From assembly GCA_036676985.1 (NCBI GenBank), contig JAKFBU010000070.1, positions 1 to 18,062 of the forward strand: DNA of 18,062 nucleotides. The letters are read 5' to 3'. The position numbers and the translations under genes are program-made. This DNA comes from Candidatus Sericytochromatia bacterium. Its GTDB lineage: Bacteria > Cyanobacteriota > Sericytochromatia > S15B-MN24 > UBA4093. Positions 7,472-17,171 of this stretch are shown here, piece after piece (the stretch's first letter is position 1; each line of letters starts with the position of its first letter). Below the pieces are notes generated by a model. The model was not told where the DNA came from, did not search any database, and was given only the letters and a program-made list of their open reading frames with translations.

Positions 7472-8653
7472 ATGCGTTTCCTGACCGCCGGAGAATCCCA
7501 CGGCCCCGTGCAGCTCGCCATCGTCGAGGGCTTTCCCGCGGGCGTCCCGCTCACGCCCGAGCCCATCGATCGCGAGCTCGCGCGACGCCAGGGCGGCTAC
7601 GGCCGCGGCCAGCGCATGAAGATCGAGCAGGACCGGGTCAGCTTCCTCTCCGGCGTGCGCAACGGCCGCACCACGGGCGCTCCGATCGCCATGCAGGTCG
7701 CCAACCGCGACTTCGCCAACTGGACGCTCGCCATGGACCCGAGCCCGGTGGATCCCGAAGACGCCGAGCGCCTGGCCGCCATCGAGGCCAAGCGCATCAC
7801 CAAGGTGCGCCCGGGGCATGCCGACTATGCCGGCGCCCGCAAGTACCGCCTGGAGGACGTGCGCGACGTGCTCGAGCGCTCGAGCGCCCGGGAGACGACC
7901 TCGCGCGTGATGGCGGGTGCCCTCGCGGGCGTGCTCCTCACCGAGGTCGGCATCCGGATCGCCTCCCACGTGGTCGAGATCGGTGGGGTGCAGGCCGACA
8001 CGGGGCTTGCGGCCTACGAGACCTTCGACGCGCTGGTCGAAGCGGCCGAGGGCTCCCAGGTCCGCTGCGCCGACCCTGAGGCCTCCGAGCGCATGATCGA
8101 GCTCATCAACCAGACCCGCACGGCGGGCGACACCCTGGGGGGGATCGTCGAGGTCGTCGTCGAGGGCCTGCCCGTCGGCCTCGGCACCTACGCGCAATGG
8201 GACCGCCGGCTGGACGGCCTGCTCGCCCAGGCCGTCATGAGCATCCACGCCATCAAGGGCGTCGAGATCGGCCTCGGCTTCGAGGCCGCAAGGCGGCCGG
8301 GCTCCCAGGTCCACGACCCCTTCTACCCGGGCTTCCGGCGCGAGACCAACCGTGCTGGCGGCCTGGAGGGCGGCATGACCAACGGCCAGCCGCTCATCCT
8401 GCGCGCGGCCATGAAGCCCATCCCCACCCTCATCCACCCCCTGCCGAGCGTCCACCTGGACACGGGCGAAGCCGTCAGCGCGCACTTCGAGCGCTCTGAC
8501 GTGTGCGCGGTGCCCGCCGCAGGCGTGGTCGCCGAGGCCATGGTCCGCTGGGTGTTGGCGGACGTCCTCTTGGACAAGGTCGGGGGAGACTCGCTGGCCG
8601 AGCTCCAGGACCACTACCGCACCCTATACCAGGAGGCCCCCGTCGATGCCTAA
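7472..8653 (+). CDS. aroC: Chorismate synthase
   Basis: Starts [11 protein letters not shown] (ATG 7472, SD GGAGG; the ORF-track start at 7223 is too far upstream). [28 protein letters not shown] and RSDVC motifs. Confidence 0.97.
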   Translation: MRFLTAGESHGPVQLAIVEGFPAGVPLTPEPIDRELARRQGGYGRGQRMKIEQDRVSFLSGVRNGRTTGAPIAMQVANRDFANWTLAMDPSPVDPEDAERLAAIEAKRITKVRPGHADYAGARKYRLEDVRDVLERSSARETTSRVMAGALAGVLLTEVGIRIASHVVEIGGVQADTGLAAYETFDALVEAAEGSQVRCADPEASERMIELINQTRTAGDTLGGIVEVVVEGLPVGLGTYAQWDRRLDGLLAQAVMSIHAIKGVEIGLGFEAARRPGSQVHDPFYPGFRRETNRAGGLEGGMTNGQPLILRAAMKPIPTLIHPLPSVHLDTGEAVSAHFERSDVCAVPAAGVVAEAMVRWVLADVLLDKVGGDSLAELQDHYRTLYQEAPVDA

Positions 8654-9083
8654 GGTCGTCGTCCTGCACGGTCCCAACCTCAACATGCTCGGTATCCGCG
8701 AGCCGGAGGTCTACGGCACCACCACCCTCGCCCAGATCGACCAGCGGCTCGCCCTCTTGGCCGACGACCTGGACCTCGAGATCCTCAGCCGCCAGTCCAA
8801 CAAGGAGGGCGTGCTCATCGACTGGATCCACGGGGCCTACGCCGAGGGGTTCGACGGCATCTTGATCAATGCCGGCGGCTACACGCACACGAGCGTGGCC
8901 CTGCGCGACGCCCTGGCGGCCACGGGCCTGCCGGTGGTCGAGGTGCACCTCTCCAACGTCCATGCCCGCGAAGAGTTCCGGCACCGCTCCTTCATCGCGC
9001 CCATCGCCAAGGGCGTCATCATGGGCTTCGGGGTGGACAGCTACCTCCTGGGGCTGCGGGCGATCGCGAGCCTCCTGAGCTGA
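8646..9083 (+). CDS. aroQ: Type II 3-dehydroquinate dehydratase
   Basis: [27 protein letters not shown] and [15 protein letters not shown] motifs. Overlaps aroC by 8 nt. Confidence 0.97.
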   Translation: MPKVVVLHGPNLNMLGIREPEVYGTTTLAQIDQRLALLADDLDLEILSRQSNKEGVLIDWIHGAYAEGFDGILINAGGYTHTSVALRDALAATGLPVVEVHLSNVHAREEFRHRSFIAPIAKGVIMGFGVDSYLLGLRAIASLLS

Positions 9084-9192
9084 GCATCAAGCCCCCGTTC
9101 AAGGTTCTTTAGGAGTCCGTTAAAACCTGCATCATCGGCGCGTCTTCCAGCCATAATGGCCCTACCCCCCGCGCGCCCGACGGAAGGTCCCC

Positions 9193-9861
9193 ATGCGACG
9201 GCTCCTGCCCTGGCTCCCCATCCTCCTGACGGCGTGCAGCAGCAACGTCATGGGCGTGCAGGCCCTGGGCGGGCCCATGGGGCGCTTCGGCCACAGCCTC
9301 ACGCGCGAGCCCGCCTTGGCGACGGCCGCCCCCGACACGCCGCCGCCCGCGATCGCGTCGGTGCCCACGCCGACCCCCACCCCCCGGACGCTCGTCGCCA
9401 CCCCCTTCCCGATCACGCCGCCGCCCACGCCCTGGCCGACACAGAGCCCCCCGCCGCCCACGCCCACCCCGACCCCGGTGCCGGTGGTCCTGCTCACGCC
9501 CGAGCCGACTCCCACCCCCGGTCCGACCTACGGGCTGGGCGCCGTGACGGTGAACCGGCGCTACCTCTGGATCTACGTGCGCGACAACGCCGCCGAAGAC
9601 GGCGACCGCGTCCGGATCGAGCTGAATGGCGAGGTCATGGTCGCCGACCTGACCTTGACCAACGGATGGACCCCGCTGTCCTTCGACCTGCGCGCGGGCA
9701 CCAACCGCCTCCGCTGGGTCGCCCTCAATGAGGGCGAGGTCAGCCCCAACACGTTCGAGATCTACCTCCATCCCGATCAGCTGGTCACGGGCTCCGCCAA
9801 CCAGAACAGCACGTTCCTCCTGACCGGGGAGAGCGACACGCTCACCGTCATCGCCCCCTGA
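9193..9861 (+). CDS. Lipoprotein with Pro/Thr-rich linker and C-terminal beta-rich domain
   Basis: MRRLLPWLPILLTAC lipobox, PTPTP repeats, then EDGDRVRIELNG...ALNEGEVSPNT. Confidence 0.8.
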   Translation: MRRLLPWLPILLTACSSNVMGVQALGGPMGRFGHSLTREPALATAAPDTPPPAIASVPTPTPTPRTLVATPFPITPPPTPWPTQSPPPPTPTPTPVPVVLLTPEPTPTPGPTYGLGAVTVNRRYLWIYVRDNAAEDGDRVRIELNGEVMVADLTLTNGWTPLSFDLRAGTNRLRWVALNEGEVSPNTFEIYLHPDQLVTGSANQNSTFLLTGESDTLTVIAP

Positions 9862-9987
9862 CGGACCGCCGCGCGCTCCGAACGAAGCAGGATCCTGCAC
9901 GAGCCGCTTTGGCCATTCGGCCGAGGCGGCCTTACCCTCGATCGGCTAGTTTGAAGGGACAGAGAGGTGCCCGCCGAGGAGGGCCTA

Positions 9988-11100
9988 ATGAATCAGACCG
10001 ACGCGCGCTTCGGCCGCCGCGTTGCGTCTTTGCAGGAAAAGCTGTCCGAACACGGCCTCGACGCACTCCTCATCACGCACCTACCCAACATCCGGTACCT
10101 GTCGGGGTTCACCGGCACGGCCGCGCGCCTGCTGGTCTCAAAGACCGAGTGCTTCCTCATCGTCGACTTCCGCTACTACGTCCAGGCGGCCCTCGAGGCT
10201 CCGCACTGCACCCAGGTGCAGTCCCACGGGGCGGGCTTCGAGGAGGCCACCGTCGAGGCGATCCTGCTCTCCGAGGCCCGCGAGGTCGGCTTCGAGAGCG
10301 GCTACCTGTCCTTCTGGGACCACGGCCGCGTGGAGGTCGGGCTGCCCAGGGGCATCCGGCTCGTGCCCTCGGGCGGGCAGACCGAGGAGCTCCGGATCAT
10401 CAAGGACGCCCAGGAGATCGAGTGCCTGCGAACGGCCGCGCGGATCACCCGCGAAGCCGTCGCCGACGTGCTCTTGGACCTCAAGCCCGGCCTCACGGAG
10501 GCGGAGGTCGCAGCCAGGCTCGAGTACCGCTTCCGGGCCCGCTCGCATGACCAGGCGTCCTTCGACACCCTGGTCTCTGCCGGCGAGCGCTCGGCGCGCG
10601 TCCACGCCCGGGCCTCGGGGTACGTCATCGCCCGGGGCGAGCCCGTCCTCATCGACTGCGGGGCGAGCTACCGGGGCTACAAGGCGGACATGAGCCGGAC
10701 CGTCAGCCTGGGGGACCCCGATCGCCGCTTCGCTCGGGTCCATGGGGCCGTGCAGGAGGCCCTCGAGCGGGTGCTCGGAGCCATCCGGCCGGGGGCCTGC
10801 CTGAGGCGGCTGGATGCGATCGCCCGCGACACGCTCGCCGAGCACGGGCTCGCCGAGAGCTTCATCCACGGACTGGGGCATGGCGTCGGCCTCGAGGTCC
10901 ACGAGGAGCCGTGGCTCGGTCCCCTGGAGGAAGGGGAGCTGAGAGCCGGGATGGTGATCGCCGTGGAGCCTGCGGCCTACCTAGCGGATTGGGGCGGCGT
11001 GCGGCTCGAGGACACGGTCCTCGTCACGGAGACCGGCTGCGAGGTGCTGACCCGGCTGGAAGGAGCCCCAACGATCGTAGGTATGCTATCATGGGACTAA
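9988..11100 (+). CDS. Xaa-Pro aminopeptidase / dipeptidase (M24B, YqhT/PepQ-like)
   Basis: ATG 9988 after [18 protein letters not shown]-domain. Metal ligands in [26 protein letters not shown] and GGVRLED. Confidence 0.93.
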   Translation: MNQTDARFGRRVASLQEKLSEHGLDALLITHLPNIRYLSGFTGTAARLLVSKTECFLIVDFRYYVQAALEAPHCTQVQSHGAGFEEATVEAILLSEAREVGFESGYLSFWDHGRVEVGLPRGIRLVPSGGQTEELRIIKDAQEIECLRTAARITREAVADVLLDLKPGLTEAEVAARLEYRFRARSHDQASFDTLVSAGERSARVHARASGYVIARGEPVLIDCGASYRGYKADMSRTVSLGDPDRRFARVHGAVQEALERVLGAIRPGACLRRLDAIARDTLAEHGLAESFIHGLGHGVGLEVHEEPWLGPLEEGELRAGMVIAVEPAAYLADWGGVRLEDTVLVTETGCEVLTRLEGAPTIVGMLSWD

Positions 11101-11164
11101 GCTTCCGCACCTGGTCTCCAGGTGCCCGTTACCGTCCCGTCGCTCCGATCTACAGAGGACCCAC

Positions 11165-11722
11165 ATGATTTCGTCAAACGATCTGCGCCCCGGCACGACC
11201 ATCGAGATGGAAGGTGTGGCCTACACCGTCATCGATTTCCAGCACGTCAAGCCTGGCAAGGGCGCGGCCTTCGTGCGCACCAAGCTCAAGAACATCAAGA
11301 CCGGCAACACCCAGGAAGTCACCTTCCGCGCCGGTGAAAAGATCGCCAAAGCGAACATGGAAAAGAAGGAATACCAGTACATGTACGCGAACGGCGACGA
11401 CTTCAACTTCATGGACAACGAGACCTTCGACCAGATCGAGCTGACCCGCGACGCCCTCGGCGATTCCGCCAAGTGGCTCAAGGAAGGCATGATGGTCGAG
11501 ATCCTGTACTTCCAGGGCGCGATCATGGGCGTCTCCATCCCCAACTTCGTCGAGCTCGAGATCATCGACACCCCGCCCGGCGTCAAGGGCGACACCGCCT
11601 CGGGCGGCGGCAAGCCCGCCACCCTCGAGGGCGGCGCGGTCGTGCAGGTCCCCTTCTTCGTCAACCAGGGCGACAAGATCCGCGTCGACACCCGCACCGG
11701 CGAGTACCTCGACCGCGTCTAA
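11165..11722 (+). CDS. efp: Elongation factor P
   Basis: [26 protein letters not shown] and [14 protein letters not shown] motifs. Confidence 0.98.
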   Translation: MISSNDLRPGTTIEMEGVAYTVIDFQHVKPGKGAAFVRTKLKNIKTGNTQEVTFRAGEKIAKANMEKKEYQYMYANGDDFNFMDNETFDQIELTRDALGDSAKWLKEGMMVEILYFQGAIMGVSIPNFVELEIIDTPPGVKGDTASGGGKPATLEGGAVVQVPFFVNQGDKIRVDTRTGEYLDRV

Positions 11723-11735
11723 CTCCTTCCCGCCC

Positions 11736-11774
11736 GGGGGCGGCCGCCAGCCGGCCGTCCCCCGGCTTCCCTTT
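11736..11774 (+). terminator. Possible weak terminator or stabilising hairpin after efp
   Basis: GGGGGCGGCCG / CGGCCGTCCCC stem followed by CTTCCCTTT (poor U tract). Confidence 0.35.
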
Positions 11775-11881
11775 CCGGGCGACCCCCGATCCCGCACCTT
11801 CCAGCCGCCCTGGGCGGCCCCTATCGAATTTGCCGGGTTTCGTCGGGCCCTCCGGAGCTCCTCGCCTAAGGAGGCATTCCG

Positions 11882-12370
<489 letters not shown>

Positions 12371-12372
12371 CC

Positions 12373-13719
12373 GTGTTCCGCAAGATCCTGATTGCCAACC
12401 GGGGCGAGATCGCCCTGCGCGTGCTGCGCGCCTGCCATGAACTCGGCATCAAGACCGTGGTGGTCTACAGCGAGGCCGACCGGGACAGCCTCCCGGTCAA
12501 GCTCGCCGACGAGTCCTACTGCATCGGCCCCGCCCAGAGCACGAACAGCTACCTCAACATCCCCAACATCATCTCGGCGGCCGTCGTCTCGGGCGCCGAG
12601 GCCATCCATCCCGGCTACGGCTTCCTCGCCGAGAACGCGCGCTTCGCGCAGATCTGCGAGGACCACGGCATCAAGTTCATCGGCCCCGCGGCGGACGTCA
12701 TCGAGGGCATGGGCGACAAGATCAACGCCAAGGAGCTCATGAAGCGCAACGGCGTGCCGACCGTGCCGGGCACCGACGGTCCCATCGAGGATCTGGTGGA
12801 GGCCCAGCGCATCGCCGAGGAGATGGGCTACCCCGTCATCATCAAGGCCGCGGCGGGCGGCGGCGGGCGCGGCATGCGCATCGTCCAGCACCCCGGCCAG
12901 TTCCAGGAGCAGGCGGAGCTCGCGCAGCAGGAGGCCCTCTCGGCCTTCGGCAACGGGGCGGTCTACCTCGAGAAGTACCTCGAGGAGCCCCGCCACATCG
13001 AGTTCCAGGTCGTGGTGGACCAGCGCGGCAACGCCATCCACCTGGGCGAGCGCGACTGCTCGGTCCAGCGCCGCCACCAGAAGCTGCTCGAGGAGGCCCC
13101 GTCGCCGTCCCTGAATCCCGACTTGCGCGCGCGCATGGGCGACAGCGCCATCAAGGCCATCAAGAGCCTTCAGTACGAGGGCGTGGGCACCGTCGAGTTC
13201 CTGCTCGATCGGCATGGCAACTACTACTTCATGGAGATCAACACCCGCATCCAGGTCGAGCACCCGGTCACGGAGCTCATCACGCGGGTGGACCTGGTCA
13301 AGGAGCAGATCCGGATCGCGGCGGGGGCTCCTTTGAGCCTCTCGCAAGAGGACGTACGCATCGAGGGCCATGCCATCGAGTGCCGCATCAACGCCGAGGA
13401 CCCCGACAAGGGCTTTAGGCCGAGCCCCGGCACCATCACGGCGTACCTCGCGCCGGGCGGCCCGGGCGTGCGGGTCGACTCGCACGTCTACCCGGGCTAC
13501 ACCATCCCGCCCTTCTACGACTCGATGGTCGCCAAGCTCATCGTGTGGGGCGAGGATCGGGCCACGGCGATCGCGCGCATGCAGCGCGCCCTCAGCGAGT
13601 ACGCCATCACGGGGGTCAAGACGACGATCCCGCTGCATGAGAAAATCTTGGACAACGCATTCTTCCGCAAGGGGGAGGTCTACACCAACTTCCTGCCCCG
13701 CCGCATCCTGGGAGGTTAG
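12373..13719 (+). CDS. accC: Acetyl-CoA carboxylase biotin carboxylase subunit
   Basis: [55 protein letters not shown] and YDSMVAKL motifs. Confidence 0.98.
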   Translation: MFRKILIANRGEIALRVLRACHELGIKTVVVYSEADRDSLPVKLADESYCIGPAQSTNSYLNIPNIISAAVVSGAEAIHPGYGFLAENARFAQICEDHGIKFIGPAADVIEGMGDKINAKELMKRNGVPTVPGTDGPIEDLVEAQRIAEEMGYPVIIKAAAGGGGRGMRIVQHPGQFQEQAELAQQEALSAFGNGAVYLEKYLEEPRHIEFQVVVDQRGNAIHLGERDCSVQRRHQKLLEEAPSPSLNPDLRARMGDSAIKAIKSLQYEGVGTVEFLLDRHGNYYFMEINTRIQVEHPVTELITRVDLVKEQIRIAAGAPLSLSQEDVRIEGHAIECRINAEDPDKGFRPSPGTITAYLAPGGPGVRVDSHVYPGYTIPPFYDSMVAKLIVWGEDRATAIARMQRALSEYAITGVKTTIPLHEKILDNAFFRKGEVYTNFLPRRILGG

Positions 13720-13722
13720 ACC

Positions 13723-14484
13723 GTGAACACCCGCCGCGTCGCCAGAGAACTGGCCCTGCTCACGCTTTCGCAGCTGCGAAACGCCGAGGGCAAGGCCTCC
13801 ATGGCCGATCTGCTCGGCCGTGCGGCCGCCATGCTGGCCAACGAAGCCCGCGAGCACCTCAACACCGCCTGCGCCACCCTCACCCGGGTGCGCGACCAGC
13901 TCAACCGCCTGACGGGCGACTTCGGCCCGGAGCTCGTGCACGAGGTCGTCCGCGCCTCGGTGCGCAGCCGCCGGGACGGCGACATGGACGAGCGCGCCAT
14001 GGAGCAGTCGGCGCTCATGTTCTGGCGCCGCGCCAAGGAGCAGGAGGCCATGCCCGAGCTGGTGCAGGGCCTCCTGGAGACGGCGATTCCGGAGGCGGTC
14101 GCGGGCATCGAGGAGGTCCAGGAGGCCGCCGACATGCTCGCCGACGCCCTGGAGTGGCCCGCGATGGCCGCCATGGCCGACTCCGAGCAGGTGCGCCGCT
14201 TCGCCCTCAAGCTCATCGAGCAGTACACGGCCCACAAGGACGACATCGACGCCGACCTCGGCAAGGCGGCCGAGCACTGGAAGGTCGAGCGCATGGCGAG
14301 CCTGGACCGCGACGTGCTGCGGATCGCCCTGGGCGAGCTGAAGTACGATCCCGGCGTGCCGGTGGAGGTCGCCATCAACGAGGCGATCGAGCTCGCCAAG
14401 AAGTACGGGACCGAGGAGTCGGGCAAGTTCGTCAACGGCGTCCTGAGCGCGTTCGCTCCGGAAGCCGCCAAGATCCGCGTCTAG
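13723..14484 (+). CDS. nusB: Transcription antitermination factor NusB, extended form
   Basis: N-terminal RRVARELAL and C-terminal [15 protein letters not shown]...[14 protein letters not shown]...KFVNGVL, separated by a long helical insertion. Confidence 0.93.
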   Translation: MNTRRVARELALLTLSQLRNAEGKASMADLLGRAAAMLANEAREHLNTACATLTRVRDQLNRLTGDFGPELVHEVVRASVRSRRDGDMDERAMEQSALMFWRRAKEQEAMPELVQGLLETAIPEAVAGIEEVQEAADMLADALEWPAMAAMADSEQVRRFALKLIEQYTAHKDDIDADLGKAAEHWKVERMASLDRDVLRIALGELKYDPGVPVEVAINEAIELAKKYGTEESGKFVNGVLSAFAPEAAKIRV

Positions 14485-14494
14485 CAGGTACGTC

Positions 14495-15862
14495 ATGTGG
14501 TTCCAGCGCAAGCCTGAGCAGGAAGCCCCCAAGCCGCCCGAGGCCGCCGAGGCCAAGGAGGCGCCGGAAAAGCGCGGGCTCATGTCCTGGTTCAAGGGCA
14601 AGCCCGAGGCCAAGCCCACCGAGGCGAAGCCCGAGCTAACGGCCACCCCGCCGGTGGCCGAGCCCCCGGCCCCGGAGGCCCCCGTGGCGCTGACGCCGGA
14701 ACCCGCCCCCGTGGAGCCCGTCGCCACGCCGACCCCGGCTCCGCCGGAACCTGCCCCGATGGCGCCCGAGCCCATGGCCGTCGAGCCCCCCACCGCGCCG
14801 CCGCCCAACGAGACGGCGGTGCCCGGGGCGGACGCGACGTTCGCGACGGCGGACGCGGCCGAGGCCACCGAGGATCCCAAGAAGAAGGGCTTCTGGGCCA
14901 AGACCTGGGAGGTCCTCAACACCCCCGTCTTCACGATCGACGCTCCGCAGCTTTCCGAGGCGCTGGAGAAGACGAAGACGGGCTTTGTCCTCAACATCAA
15001 GAAGCTCCAGAACCGCTGGACCAAGATCGACGAGGACATGCTTGAGGAGCTCGAGGAGATCCTGCTCGAGAGCGACGTGGGCATGCCGGTGGCGGAGGCC
15101 GCCATCGAGCACGTGCGCGCCAAGCACAAGAAGGGCGAGGTCTCGCCCGCGAACCTGAGCGAGGTGCTCGAGGCCTTCCTGCGCGAGCAGGTGGGCGATG
15201 CGGGCCCCCTGCAGCTCAAGCCCGGCGTGCTGAACATCATCGTCATGGTGGGCGTCAACGGCGTCGGCAAGACGACGACACTCGGCAAGCTGGCCGATCG
15301 CTTCCAGATGCAGGGCCACAAGGTGCTCCTGGCGGCGGCGGACACGTTCCGCGCGGCGGCCATCGACCAGATCGCCATCTGGGCGGAGCGGGCGGACGTG
15401 GAGCTGGTGCGTCACAAGGAGGGCGGGGACGCGGCGGCGGTGGTCTTCGACGCCATCCGGGCGGCCAAGGCGCGCGGCGCGGACGTGCTCTTGGTGGACA
15501 CGGCCGGACGCCTGCACAACAAGGCGAACCTGATGGCCGAGCTCCAGAAGATCCGCAAGATCATCGACCGCGAGGCCCCGGACTCGCCGGTGGAGAGCCT
15601 TCTCGTGCTGGACGCCACCACGGGCCAGAACGGCCTGCGTCAGGCGGAGGTCTTCCAGGAGGCCTTCCAGCTGACGGGCGTCATCCTGACCAAGCTGGAC
15701 GGGACGGCCAAGGGCGGCGTGGTCTTCGGCATCAAGAAGCAGCTGGGCCTGCCGGTACGCCTCATGGGCATCGGCGAGAAGGTCACGGACCTCAAGGACT
15801 TCGACGCCAACGTCTTCGTCGAGGCCCTCTTCAGCGAAGCCGAATCGACCCCGAAGCCCTAG
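14495..15862 (+). CDS. ftsY: Signal recognition particle receptor FtsY
   Basis: GVNGVGKTTT, DTFRAAA, DTAGR, DATTGQN, TKLDGTAKGG and GIGE motifs. Pro/Glu/Ala-rich N-terminal domain. Confidence 0.98.
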   Translation: MWFQRKPEQEAPKPPEAAEAKEAPEKRGLMSWFKGKPEAKPTEAKPELTATPPVAEPPAPEAPVALTPEPAPVEPVATPTPAPPEPAPMAPEPMAVEPPTAPPPNETAVPGADATFATADAAEATEDPKKKGFWAKTWEVLNTPVFTIDAPQLSEALEKTKTGFVLNIKKLQNRWTKIDEDMLEELEEILLESDVGMPVAEAAIEHVRAKHKKGEVSPANLSEVLEAFLREQVGDAGPLQLKPGVLNIIVMVGVNGVGKTTTLGKLADRFQMQGHKVLLAAADTFRAAAIDQIAIWAERADVELVRHKEGGDAAAVVFDAIRAAKARGADVLLVDTAGRLHNKANLMAELQKIRKIIDREAPDSPVESLLVLDATTGQNGLRQAEVFQEAFQLTGVILTKLDGTAKGGVVFGIKKQLGLPVRLMGIGEKVTDLKDFDANVFVEALFSEAESTPKP

Positions 15863-15921
15863 GGCCAGACGTGGGGTTAATCCAGGGGCCTGTCTCGGGG
15901 TTTGCCCTGGGTAAGCCCTAC

Positions 15922-15973
15922 TGCCCCACAACAAATCCGTTCACACTGAGGCCCTCGAAGTGCGAACGGTTCC
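15922..15973. repeat. Hairpin repeat unit 1 (REP-like or ncRNA module)
   Basis: TGCCCCACAACAAAT-CCGTTCACACT-GAGGCCCTCGA-AGTGCGAACGG-TTCC, an 11-bp stem with one mismatch. Confidence 0.65.
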
Positions 15974-16027
15974 TCAAGTGCATGACGACCGCGGGATAGC
16001 GCCCTTTAGGAAGTGGCAGGCCATGCG

Positions 16028-16081
16028 TGCCCCCACAATAATTCCGTTTGTCTTGAGCCTGGTCGAAAGGCAAACGGTTCC
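16028..16081. repeat. Hairpin repeat unit 2 (REP-like or ncRNA module)
   Basis: TGCCCCCACAATAATT-CCGTTTGTCTT-GAGCCTGGTCGA-AAGGCAAACGG-TTCC, an 11-bp stem with one G-U pair. Confidence 0.65.
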
Positions 16082-16312
16082 CTATTTCCGGTGCCGGTAC
16101 GTGATCCGCCCCCGGGTCAAATCGTACGGGCTCAGCTCGACGCGCACCTTGTCCCCCATCAGGATCTTGATGAAGTGCTTGCGCATCTTGCCCGAGATGT
16201 GGGCGAGCACCGTGTGGCCGTTGTCGAGCTGCACCCGGAACATGGTGTTGGGCAGGGCTTCAAGGACCGTGCCCTCCATCTCGAGGGTGTCCTCCTTGGC
16301 GGTCTTGGTCAT
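16082..16312 (-). CDS. infA: Translation initiation factor IF-1
   Basis: [28 protein letters not shown]...HISGKMR...[22 protein letters not shown]. Confidence 0.98.
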   Translation of the reverse strand: MTKTAKEDTLEMEGTVLEALPNTMFRVQLDNGHTVLAHISGKMRKHFIKILMGDKVRVELSPYDLTRGRITYRHRK

Positions 16313-16460
16313 GGCGCCTCCTCGGTCGGAAATTCTGCAACGTCGATCTCCTCCAGCTTAGGGGGGGCGAGAGGGTCCGTCACGCCGAGGGCGGACAAGC
16401 CTTCTGGTCATGTTGCACAAACAAGCCGGGCGGGTGCAGTCTAGCAGGCGGCATTCCCCC

Positions 16461-16489
16461 TCGACCAGGGGGCGCGATCGGTGTATGAT
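16461..16489 (+). promoter_or_regulatory. Sigma70-like promoter of tRNA-Leu
   Basis: TCGACC(16461-16466)-N17-TATGAT(16484-16489), 13 nt before the tRNA. Confidence 0.55.
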
Positions 16490-16502
16490 CGGGTTTTGCG
16501 CC

Positions 16503-16583
16503 GGGCACGTGGCGAAATGGCAGACGCGCCAGACTTAGGATCTGGTTCCGCAAGGAGTGTGGGTTCAAGTCCCTCCGTGCCCA
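16503..16583 (+). tRNA. tRNA-Leu (anticodon TAG), CCA not encoded
   Basis: Acceptor GGGCACG/CGTGCCC plus discriminator A. D arm GCG/CGC. Anticodon arm CCAGA-CTTAGGA-TCTGG (TAG at 16536-16538). Long variable arm TCC-GCAA-GGA. T loop TTCAAGT. Followed by CTA. Confidence 0.97.
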
Positions 16584-16594
16584 CTAACCATCGC

Positions 16595-16629
16595 AAGGCC
16601 GTCCGACTCGTTGGGTCGGACGGCCTTTT
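16595..16629 (+). terminator. Intrinsic terminator of tRNA-Leu
   Basis: AAGGCCGTCCGAC-TCGTTGG-GTCGGACGGCCTT followed by TT. Confidence 0.85.
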
Positions 16630-16812
16630 CCGGTTCGGAGCCAAGACCCGGATCTCGGGTCTCGAGGGCCTGCTCGAGCCCCCCGGGCGCCAATTCGGCC
16701 GAAGTTATCGAGCGTCCTTGGCTTGGATCGCACCCGCCGCGGGTGTAGCCTTTGGGTGATCGCACAGAACCCCTCGACCGAGCGTCGAGGCCGCGATCGC
16801 AAGGAGGGCGCC

Positions 16813-17082
16813 ATGGATCGGGTCCAGCAGGTCATGCTCCACTACCGTGACGCCGAAGGGATCACATTCTACCTGTGCCTCGGCGCCCAGCAGGCGGTGC
16901 TCGGGGCCAAGGCCGACGTCGGGAGCAACGTCTTCAAGTGCACGACCACCTGGGACCTCGTCGTGCCGGCGGGCGACGATCCCACCGGCGAGATCCTCGA
17001 GGTCATGCTGGAGATGGTGACCGAGATCCGCCGCGAGCGCCGGCTCGCCACACCGAGCGAGCCCGACGTGCAACTTGGCTGA
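16813..17082 (+). CDS. Small hypothetical protein (89 aa)
   Basis: ATG 16813 preceded by AAGGAGG. GC-rich third codon positions. No family recognised. Confidence 0.7.
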   Translation: MDRVQQVMLHYRDAEGITFYLCLGAQQAVLGAKADVGSNVFKCTTTWDLVVPAGDDPTGEILEVMLEMVTEIRRERRLATPSEPDVQLG

Positions 17083-17171
17083 AAAGGCTTGCCCAAAACC
17101 TCCATCCGACCGGGACGACCAGCGGCCATAATCCTCCCGAAACGCACGCTTGCTCGCTGGAGGGGGTGCCC

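Noticed and set aside
9361-9530. PTPTP-coding repeats (also the Pro/Ala repeats in accB and ftsY)
   Set aside because: Ordinary protein linkers, not DNA repeat elements.
15922-16081. Tandem repeat as a CRISPR array, SRP RNA or 6S RNA
   Set aside because: Only two diverged ~53-nt units and no cas genes. No SRP domain IV motif and no single long rod with a central bubble.
16559-16586. U-U mismatch in the tRNA T stem and lack of encoded CCA
   Set aside because: Both are tolerated and common. Not evidence of a pseudogene.
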